NCBI RefSeq assembly: GCF_006345805.1
Contig: NC_043006.1
Coordinates: forward strand, 62,000,001 to 62,064,000
Reading direction: 5' to 3'
Length of the DNA: 64,000 nucleotides
Origin: Octopus sinensis
Lineage: Eukaryota
The notes under the pieces were generated by a model. The model ran no database searches and was not told the origin of the DNA. It was given only the letters and a program-made list of their open reading frames with translations. Below are positions 37,695 through 48,312 of the stretch, in pieces. Made by a program: the position numbers and the translations under genes. Position 1 is the first letter of the stretch, and the number at the start of each line of letters is the position of its first letter.

Positions 37695-38768
37695 AATAAA
37701 TAAAATATATGCATGCATACAAACATATATGTACGTACCTACATCTACATGTATATATACATGCATATATAAATATATATACGTGAGTACAGGACACTGG
37801 AACTAGACGTAGAACTCAACGAAAAACGAAACGGACAAGCCATATTTTTACAACAAAAAATCAGAGACGAAACGAAAACGGGAAAAACATTATTTTTTAC
37901 AACAGAAAAACAAGGTACAGGACAAACCACACAGGAAAAATCCCCGGTTCATCAGCTGTCTCTAGCTAACTCAAGCGTGTTTCGAAGGATAAAACAGGAC
38001 ACGACTCGTCAACTAGTCCTTCATTGCGAGAGAATTAAAATAAAATTGCTTCGCATAGGGGCAAAAACAGACAAGAAAAACATGTGACAAAAACAGGACG
38101 TAAAAACGATACAAATGCAAAATAAAAAAAATAAAAAATACAAGATAAAGATACACGTACAAGAAAATACAAAACGAGAAATAAAAAGAAAATACAATAC
38201 GAGAAATCAAAAGACAAGAAAACAAACGAGAAAAACAAAATGAAAAGGCTTTTGTTTGGCAAGACGAGGATGTGGTAGTAGCAGCGGAAAGGAACACGTC
38301 CTTTCAGCTTGAAAGCAGGAGGCGAAAGGAAGTGGCCAGGAGTGGCGAAGATGAGGAAGAGAGAGGGAGAGAGAGAGATAGAAGAAGAAAAGCGGCAAGA
38401 GAGAGAAGGGGAAGAGTGAGCAAGAGAGAGAGCGGGAAAGGCAATATATATATACATACAGGGTCGCAAAAATGTCCAAGTACCGGTTTGTGGTCGTTGT
38501 CCGACAGGTCTATTGTCGGGCCTCTGGCAGTTCACTCCCTAGAACCATATCCCTGCTTACCACTATCGAGACAGATTGCTGGCCACAAGTCAGAGTCTCA
38601 TGACTCAGAGTGGGGGTTCCACTGCAGCTCCCTCACTGTCCTCTGGAGTAATGTATCTGCCATTGTTTGCCTGAGTCATGACAAATGTTTCGACGCAGTG
38701 AGAGGCAGTATATATACATATGTGTGTGTGGGCGTGTGTGAGTGTGTGTGTGTGTGCAAAGTAACAGT

Positions 38769-38831
38769 TTTAGAGAAATACCATTGGTTTCATATCTAGC
38801 GTCAACTAGACATATCTTCAGTTTCTCTAAA
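38769..38831 (-). ncRNA. Intact-looking minimal type I hammerhead ribozyme
   Basis: Minus strand: TTTAGAGAAA-CTGAAGA-T-ATGTCTAG-TTGACG-CTAGATAT-GAAA-CCAATG-GTA-TTTCTCTAAA. 10-bp stem I, 8-bp stem II (one G-U), short stem III, GUA cleavage triplet. Confidence 0.8.
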
Positions 38832-38877
38832 CGATAACTGTTCTCTAAAAAGAATGTTCTAAAAACACAAGAATGCC

Positions 38878-38929
<52 letters not shown>

Positions 38930-39010
38930 TACATATATATATGTATATATATATATATGTATATTTGTAAAACATGAAGTTTGAAAATGCCGCTATATTA
39001 GACAAATTTT

Positions 39011-39055
39011 AATTAACATGTTTCGGTTCTTGAAATAACGAACCTTATCAAATTT
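39011..39055 (-). ncRNA. Decayed minimal hammerhead motif
   Basis: TTGATAA-GGTTC-GTTATTTCAA-GAACC-GAAA-CAT-GTT-AATT: perfect 5-bp stem II and palindromic ACATGT; core mutated. Confidence 0.45.
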
Positions 39056-39191
39056 TTTTTTTATATATATAATAAAGAGAGTCCATGCTATATGTTTAAA
39101 GAGTATGATGTAATAGTTCATAATTGTGACTTACATTCAATAGAATCAAATATAAAAAATTCATGTTCTTGAAAAGGCGAGGAGTTCATTA

Positions 39192-39232
<41 letters not shown>

Positions 39233-39267
39233 GTATATATATATATGTATATTACATATATATATGT

Positions 39268-39298
<31 letters not shown>

Positions 39299-39312
39299 AA
39301 ATATATATATAT

Positions 39313-40561
39313 ATAAAGTTGTGTAATACGTAAGCAAGATTTTGGACCATGAAGAATTTGTACCAGATTTTAGCAGAGTTAAAATTTTTTTAAACATGTT
39401 ATTGTAATTGTGTGATACTATAGATATACACTGGTCCAAATGCATCAATAAATTATCATTGATTTTTTTTCACCGTTGTTACAATAATCTGAAAGGGAAC
39501 TATGAAATCGCGCTTTTCGAGCAATTTTAGTATCCAACTTCAAGAAAGGAAGTAAAGCATCTGAAACTGCTCACGATATCAAAGAAACTTTTGATGAGGA
39601 AATTACAAGTGAGTGGTCAGTTGGAAAATGGTTTAAACGGTTCGCCTTCAAGATCGTGAGCGTCGTGGACGCCCATCTGTCATCGATGACGGTCAATTAA
39701 AGATTGTCATTGAGAACTATCCACGTAAAAACACTGGAGAACTGGCAAAAATAACCATAAAGTTTGCCAGAAAACTGTCTGCAACCATTTGTATGCGATC
39801 GTAAAATCAAAAATGCTCGAAAAATAGGTACCACTCGATTTGAATGAAAATCAGAAAATGCGCAGTTATGAATTTTGCTTGTCGATCCTTCTCTGTAATC
39901 AGACAGTAACCATTTCTCGACCGTATTGTAACTTGCGATAAAAAGTGGTTTCTGCACAATAACAGAAGACGTCCTTTGCAGTAGGTGGACCAATATGATG
40001 TACCGTAAACCTTGCCTACAACTGAGCTCTTCAAAAAGAAGATTATGGTGATTGTTTGTTGGTTTTCTGCAGGACTGATCCAGTATTAATTCTTCAAACC
40101 CGTAACAGCCATTACTGCAGAAATATATTGCTATGAAAAGGACAACATAAACTAAAAGCTGCTACTCCTATGTTCTAAACTGGACAACAGAAGAGGGGCA
40201 ATCATTCTTCCTGATAATGATCGACCCAACGTTTCACTAGTGACTTCCAGAAGTTGGCTACGAATTTCCACCACCAACACAATTTCCCAGACCTTTCACC
40301 TACCGATTAAAACATTTTCAAGCAACTTGATGGTTTCCTGCCTGAGGAGTCCAAAAACGAGGCTGAAATTGGTTTCACAGAGATCATCAGCTACAGAACT
40401 CGAGATTTTTATGATACTGGAAGAAAATAAATTGTAACTCGTTGGCAAAAGTATGTCGATTATAGTGGGACTTATTTTTATTAATAAAACGTTCGCATTC
40501 TCGAAAATACTGTGATGAAATTAACGTTTCAAAACGTTGCTTACATTTTACTCTGATGATA
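39313..40561 (+). mobile_element. Mariner transposon D (Hsmar1/cecropia-like), decayed
   Basis: Segments read FKKGSKASETAHDI, ERRGRPSVIDDGQLK, PFLDRIVTCDKKWFLHNNRRR and TRWQKYVDYSGTYF. Imperfect TIRs: GTGTAATACGTAAGCAAGATTTT versus AAAACGTTGCTTACATTTTACTC. Confidence 0.88.
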
Positions 40562-40580
40562 TATATAGATACATACATAC

Positions 40581-40625
<45 letters not shown>

Positions 40626-40694
40626 CATATATAGATATAGATATATATAGTGGAAGAGATGCCAGGCATTGCTCGGGATTAAAATAGCATAGGT

Positions 40695-40958
40695 TTTATT
40701 CTTCTACTTCTTTCAGTAATTTGAGAGCGGCCACGATAGAGCACCGCATTTAGCCGAAAAATCTCCCCCAAGATTTATTCTTTGTATTGTACTTATGCCA
40801 AACTGCAAGGTTTCGGGTTTGTAACCACAAAAACATCGCTTTCAAAAAGTTGGTGGTGTTACAAAAACAGACGCCCACACATATATACGCATATATGCAA
40901 CAGGACTCTTTCAATTACCGTCTACCAAATCCACTCACAAGGGTATGTTCGGCCCATG
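40695..40958 (-). mobile_element. Partial decayed SINE (same family as 55613)
   Basis: CCGTCTACCAAATCCACTCACAAG and TTTCAGTAATTTGAGAGCGGCCA match the family. Confidence 0.7.
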
Positions 40959-41150
40959 GTTAACGTATGTATATTAAATAATGTGAATTAAATTGCATAA
41001 ACAGTAGGTTATAATTGTTACAAGTAGTTATTATAGTATATTGTTGATATTATAGTACCTTTTTGTGCCATTCAAGAAATTATCTTTTATAAACAATACG
41101 CAATGCTTCAAGCGCACTACGATAGTTTCCTATATTATATATATATATAT

Positions 41151-41198
41151 ACTTATGAACATAGATATGTTTTGAGCAATGATTGGTCCGAATATATA

Positions 41199-41233
<35 letters not shown>

Positions 41234-41610
41234 CTTATGAACATAGATATGTTTTGAGCAGTGATTGGTCCATGCCATGTCTAACTTAACAGCACCACCT
41301 GATAGGATTATCTAAATGCTGTTTAAGTAAAATTTTGTTTATGGTCCATTCAAGTAGTGAGTTGTATCCAGGTATACGTGGTTTATCCGGTATTCCTTCA
41401 ATAAATCTGTCCAGATTGCGTTTAAAATTGATGGCATCTGATCTCTTTCGGAACAATGTGTTTCCCCACATCGGCCAAATGATGAACAGTTCGCGACGTC
41501 ACTGAGGGGAAAAGGGTTTCAAGTCTTTAAAGCGGTCCCAATAATCGAGATCAGTAATGCTTTCAATTCGTTTAGTAAGAGCTGTGTTAGTCCCTGCCAC
41601 AGCGAAAGCT
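41151..41610 (-). mobile_element. CR1/L2-like LINE 3' end with (TA)n tail
   Basis: LTKRIESITDLDYWDRFKDLK and NFKRNLDRFIEGIPDKPRIPGYNSLL; the terminal 39 bp are duplicated. Confidence 0.75.
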
Positions 41611-41625
41611 ATGCTGAGTTGCATT

Positions 41626-41824
41626 TAGGAGTTTCAGTCATTTGACCGCGGCCATGCTGGAGCACCGCCTTTATTCGAGCAAATCGACCCCGGGACTTAT
41701 TCTTTGTAAGGCCAGTACTTATTCTATCGGTCTCTTTTGCCGAACCGCTAAGTTACGGGGACGTAAACACACCAGCATCGGTTGTCATGCAATGCTAAGG
41801 GGACAAACACAGACACACAAACAT

Positions 41825-41868
<44 letters not shown>

Positions 41869-42032
41869 GAAAGGCTTCTTTCAGTTTCCGTCTACCAAAT
41901 CCACTCACAAGGCATTGGTCGACCCGGGGCTATAGCAGAAGACACTTGCCCAAGATGCCACGCAGTGGGACTGAACCCGGAATCATGCGGTTGGTTAGCA
42001 AGCTACTTACCACACAGCTACTCCTGCGCCTA
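41626..42032 (-). mobile_element. Full-length tRNA-derived SINE with internal TA/CA tract
   Basis: Reverse complement of the 55613-56009 copy (GGCGCAGGAGTAGCTGTGTGGTAAG...CCGGGTTCAGTCCCACTGCGTGGC). Confidence 0.9.
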
Positions 42033-42039
42033 TCCTTGA

Positions 42040-42660
42040 TCTTACCACTCTTTCAAACAATTTAATGATGTGGGAAGTGAGTGAGATTGGGCGATAGTTG
42101 ACTGCGAGGGATCTGTTTCCCTGTTTGAAAGCCGGGATGACAGACTGGGATAGGACTTGTTTCAGTATATAACCTGAGTCTAAAGAATTTCGCCAGAGGT
42201 TGGTCAGAGGGTCTACATTCCTTCAGGAGACTAGCGGGGAATCTACCAGGGCCTGCAGCAGAATAGTATTTGAACTCATTTATTGCTGCTATGATGTCAG
42301 AGGCAGTGAAGGTTATGTCTGAGATTGTATGTGGGGATTCAACTTCGTTCATTCCTCTTACGTCAATATCAGTGGGATCACTAATGACAGAGCAGTATTG
42401 TTTCTGCATTATTTCTGCCATTTCTTTAGCATCGTGTTGGGGAATGCCGTTATCATCGATCAATGGGCGATTGTGTGAGTCAGCGGTCGTATACTTATTT
42501 GCATATTAAGAGAAGCTTTGGGGTTTTGTTTGGTGTTTTTGATTACCCACTGTTCTTCCGCAGCTCTTGAAGGTATCAATTTTGATAATTTTAATATTTA
42601 GTTCTATATGTACCTATCGTAGATAATGTTGTTCAATGATGATTGAATAGCTTGAAGGTG
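42040..42660 (-). mobile_element. CR1/L2-like LINE fragment (linker to RT start)
   Basis: AEIMQKQYCSVISDP, ITFTASDIIAAINEFKYYSAAGP, and NYRPISLTSHIIKLFERVVR at about 42045-42105. Confidence 0.8.
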
Positions 42661-42786
42661 ATTCTGTCTCTTAAACCTATCCATATATATTTATATAAGA
42701 CAGTGAGTAATTAATTTTAGTACCACTAAATTGAAATCCTGTCCCCTGTGGACTCGGAAATAACTTCCTTAATATTAATATTAATT

Positions 42787-42801
42787 ATACACACATATAT
42801 A

Positions 42802-42843
<42 letters not shown>

Positions 42844-42905
42844 TTATATATATATTCCAGTATATACATATATATATATAATATATGTATATACACAAAT
42901 ATGTA

Positions 42906-42956
<51 letters not shown>

Positions 42957-43224
42957 ACATATATGTACAAATATCTATATATTTACACAAATATGGATAT
43001 ATATATATATATATACATATAAAATATGCATATATACATACAAACATATATATATGTACATGTATATATATGCATATACATATATATATACATATGTATG
43101 TGTGAATATATATATATACATATACATATATGTATATATAATATATATGCATATATATATATATACGTATATACACACGCACACAAACTCACACACACAC
43201 ACACACAACACACACACACATACA

Positions 43225-43310
<86 letters not shown>

Positions 43311-43330
43311 ATATATGTATGTATGTATGC
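42787..43330. repeat. Compound (TA)n/(CA)n tract
   Basis: Directly visible; source of many spurious ORFs. Confidence 0.95.
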
Positions 43331-43700
43331 ACAGGATTGGCTGAGGTAAAAAGTTCGCTCTCCACATTCAGCCCCTTGCATGACACCTTTTGCAGGTCTC
43401 TCCTACTATGGTTTCGCGCCAACCAATGCAATGTGAGGTATCACATCATATTTATATATATATATGAGTGTGTGTGTGTGTTTGTGTGTGTGTTTGTATT
43501 TGTGTTTCTTTCTCCCCCACCATCGCTTGTCAACCGTTGTTGGTATGTTTTCGTCCCCGTAACTTACCGGTTCGACAAAACACCCCGATTAAATTAGTTC
43601 GAGGCTTACAAAACATGTGTCTTGGGCTCGATTTTTTCTACTAATAGCAGTGCTCCAGTATGACTGCAGTCAAATGACTGAAAAAATTACAGGAATAAAA
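43330..43700 (+). mobile_element. Old decayed copy of the 55613 SINE family
   Basis: CATCGCTTGTCAACCG...CGTCCCCGTAACTTA...GTGCTCCAGTATGACTGCAGTCAAATGACTGAAA. Confidence 0.7.
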
Positions 43701-43738
43701 GAATATATGCGAACATATATACATACACATACACAGAT

Positions 43739-43797
<59 letters not shown>

Positions 43798-43864
43798 GAC
43801 ATACCTATACATATATATACATACATAGACATGTATACTTATATAGATATTCATACACACATAC

Positions 43865-43915
<51 letters not shown>

Positions 43916-46900
43916 CAGAGAGAGACAGAGAGAGACAGAGAGACAGAGAAACTGGCATATAGGTATATACATAATAGAAGCGTTATAAATGAAGGGAGGA
44001 GTTCGTTGAGAGAAAATTTCAATGTATATAGCGCTAATTGAATAATAGAAAATAAGCCACGTCTTTCTATATTCAAATGCGCATGGTTACCATATTTTTT
44101 TATAACTAAAACAGCATTCTACGTGAATATGCTGAAAATATTTCAAACAACGTTTGTTATTCCGTTGTTTTAGTGAAAGCAATTGAATGCAGCGATAGTG
44201 AGTAAGTGAAAGACAGAGAGAGGTGCGGAGACGTATATCGGTAGTGAGAAAAAGATAGAGATTTAATGGTGATAAGTGTGATGTTAGTGACTGAAGCGCG
44301 TGCTGTAATCGTCAATAATAAAGCAACTACACAACCACATTTTAACAAAAAATATATATTGGTAGGAATTTTTAACAACAATTTTGAAAACAACGTAGGC
44401 TGTGATAATTGCCCCTTTCAGTAAATGTTACAGTGTTTCAACTCATCTATAAGCAACTTTTTTCCTATATGATATAGATTAAATTATTATATATGCGACA
44501 CGAATGAAAATAAAGAGAACAATTCATTGTCAACAAACATACGTGACAAAACAAATTTAGATCACATAATAGACTGTCCTATATATAAATAAATAAAGGA
44601 AGAATTGGAATATGAAAATAAATATTTTAGTCCTTAAATATCTAAAATTATTTTTTCATGACTAAATTGCTTCATTTGATGTATTCAACAGTTTAGTGTC
44701 ATATGATAATTTGTGTTTGCCAATTATTTCATTGTAGTGTTTCAGTTAACAATATAGTGGCTTGACCTACGTGTTGAAGCATTTGTTAGAGTTCCTTTCG
44801 GTATTTCTGATGGCTACTGCCGAGGGGAGTGAAATCTATCTTTTCAAATTCGATAAATAAATTACCAGTCCTGCTTCTTTTCATTCTTTCGCATAAACGT
44901 GTTATAGTGTGTGAGGAGGGTGTCTTTCTGATAGACATCTGCTTTGTTGAAATATGAAAATATCTGGGTTCTAACAATGCCCAAGATACGCCATGTATCA
45001 TCACGGCACAATTGCAACTCCACCATAGTCTATGATCCAACTGAGAGATGGGTCCACAGAAAAGTATTTCGTGATACTAAGGGAAGTTATTATTAAAAAC
45101 GCTTGTGATAGTGGTACTAAAAAATAACGAAACAAACAGTATGAATTAGCTGTAAGGTAAGCCGCTATTATTTTATACTGAATACACGCAGAAAGAACAA
45201 CATTAGAGGTATCATTCTAAATCATTAATTTACTATTTACTCAAATATATTTTCCTTGTTATCTTCATTATGTTGAGGTATGAAAACAAACAACAAAGTA
45301 TGCTAGTAATGAACCTATAGGAGGTGGATGTGTATGATTTACCAGTCTAAAATGTACGTAATTCATAAAGCATACAATGAAAATCACAACAAACTATATG
45401 CAACTGTGTAACACTGAAAATGCAATGAGCTAGTTATCTGCTAAATCAGATTTTTTTTAAAGGCAATTTATTCATAAAGTCAATACAAAATTGAAATACA
45501 CATAAATAGAATTATTTAAAAATTTCAAGCGAGCAGTTTTTACTTGTTTCATTTCAATGGAATTCGGGTGCTGTTCCAACGCTAACAAAATGATTACTAA
45601 AAATCACGATAATATTCCCTTCAATCAGGTTTATTAGAAATGCGAAACTCAATGATACTTCAATAAGCGCCAAAGTCTTCGGATATTTTCACGTTTCAAA
45701 CGATCGTTGTTCTTAGAGAAATTCGTTCCTCATAATGGTGGTGCTGTTGGTTGAGGTGTTTTCGGATATGTCTTACTGGTATCGTGGATAGAAGCGATAG
45801 TGGTTCTTAAAATATTGTCGATGCTACCATGACACTAGTTCTTGTTATTGTTTTTGTTTTTGCTGGTGATAGTGGTGGTTGTTGCTGTGATTATGGCAGT
45901 AGAGTGATGGCGGTAATGTTGTTGTTGTTGTTGCTCGTAGTGGTGATTTTAGGATTTTATAGGTGATATTATTGGTTCTATATTCATTATAGGACGTCGT
46001 TGAAATATCACTATCTCTGTTATCTTTTCATTCCCTTCTTTGCTGTAAACGTTGTATAACAATTCAATATTAAGGTTAATTCTTGCTCTCACCAGACATA
46101 TAAATATAAAACACAGTAGCTCTAAGATCCGGTTTATTGAACATCGTTTACTTTGTCTAAAAGTATGATTCAACATCAGGAAATAATTTAATTGCAGAAG
46201 ATAAACAAACTTTATTATTATTGATTGTTACTGATTTCAATGGTGCAATTAAACCCCGGAAATTTTTAACATCGAATATGCCACTAAGTTGTACAAATAA
46301 TGGTATACATGGACACATTTATGGCTTTTGAACATTGTTGTTTTCATAAAGGAAATATTTCAAAGAATCATTTTCCCATCATTACTTTAGGAGTATTTGT
46401 GCTGCATAACGTCAGTTTTTCACTTATTACATTTACTTCCTTTCCTCTGTATATGAACATATTTATTCAAAGTAAAAATTAACACACACAAACGTATACA
46501 CACATCTATCACCTATATAAGTGTGTATGCATTTTATAATATTTGTGTGGAGAAACGCATTAATACGTCTCCAAATTTATTGCTTAATAAATATATTACA
46601 CTAAACGAATTCCTTATGGGACTAGTGATATAAATTATGAGATATAAACAACTACCTATAGGTAATATTATTTATTACACTGTGTAGAGTGTGCTTACAA
46701 TAGCATCCAGAAATCTTAGTAAATATTTATCCATTTTCCCGCCTGTTTTGTACAATAGACCTTTATTTGCAGTAACCAAATTACACATAGAATATACTAA
46801 ATTCCGAAGTACTGAATGGTATTCTCAGGACTGATGGATAATTCATTCATTGAAGTATATTGTTTCATTTCACGAAGTAATTATATATTCCTTTCTTTCT

Positions 46901-47108
46901 AATTATGCTATTATACTAGAAGACCACTGATTATACTGAATACTGTAACAAGAAATAATTAAAAGACAGAATTCGTTTCTATCTACACAAATCAATTGAA
47001 AACACTATGTATGAGATATGAATGGAATTTAATTAGAAATCAAAAGTACTGAAATTCTATATTAATTCATAGATGTTCATTTTAGGTGAAAAATTAGTAT
47101 TTCCTACG

Positions 47109-47443
47109 ATAGATATTAAATACTTCGGTATTGCATATAAAAGAACTGCTTTCATACCAACGAGGTATTGGCTTAATATTGCTTCCATTAATTGAAATAG
47201 ATAGAAAAAGCCAGAAGAAGAATACGTACTGATTGACAGCACCTGGCCTCTTTCTATTTTGATTGTGCAATAAATTATTTGCAGCATCTTGAAGGAGAGA
47301 TGCAATATGTATGTATGTACGTATGTATTGATGAACACATACACACACACACACACTGCGTCATAATTATTTAGTAGAATGTTATTTAAAAATAGGGATA
47401 TATTTTCAATCTTCCTAACAAACATTTATGCTCACTACTGACA
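47109..47443. repeat. Copy 1 of a diverged local duplication
   Basis: Collinear similarity to 48011-48312 from ATAGATATTAAATACTTCGGTATTGC to CACTACTGACA. Confidence 0.9.
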
Positions 47444-48010
47444 ATTAAAGGGGCCGTCTTCCTAAAATAACTAAATAAAGAATGAAAGATCTCACGGCTA
47501 TAGTTTATATCACCTATAATAGACCCAACGTCTACTTCTGACATCATAAACTAAACATAATAGATAGCCGTAAATATCACGTATTCATCAGTGGTTTTTA
47601 ATTAAAGTAATAACAAATGACACACGAAATCTTGTAGGTATATTTCGCAAAGAACTCATGATAACCTGCATGTGATTTTGTCAGTAATAAATCTGAAAAT
47701 AAAACCAGCTTCTCTCTGTAGCAACACAGATCGGTATGTTGATGACATAGGTACCTGATTAATTTATCTAATAAATTATTTTCGCTGTACCTTAATTTAT
47801 TATTTGCTGCCGAGCTACAAAATATTTGCACATTCCCTGCTTTGCTGTTAATTTCCTTAAAATCTATTAGAATCGAAATGCAAAAACAAGAAAAAAAGAC
47901 AGTTATTCCTCAAATTCTATGTAAATCATTAATTTGAGTACAAAAATAAGCTATAGTTTTAGGGTATCGTGACAATCATACATTCATCCTGTGTCAGCCT
48001 TCACAGAAAC

Positions 48011-48312
48011 ATAGATATTAAATACTTCGGTATTGCCTATTAAGCTGTTTGCGTACCTACGAGGTATTGGTTTAATATTGCTTCCATTAACTGAAATTGC
48101 ATAGAAACGGCTTAAGAACATTCAGATTGATGACACCATTTTTCTTTTCCTATCTTGATTGTGCAATAAATTATTCGCACCATCTTAAAAGACAAATGCA
48201 ATATATACACGTGTGTGTGTGTTTGTATACTCCTAAGTATTCCTTAGAATTTCAGTTAAAAATAGGGATAGTTTTCAACCTCTCAAACAAATACTTATGC
48301 ACACTACAGACA
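48011..48312. repeat. Copy 2 of a diverged local duplication
   Basis: See 47109-47443; about 900 bp downstream, same orientation. Confidence 0.9.

Noticed and set aside
47262-47275. TATTGCAC (miR-92-like seed) on the minus strand in both duplicated blocks
   Set aside because: The rest does not match miR-92, and there is no hairpin around it.
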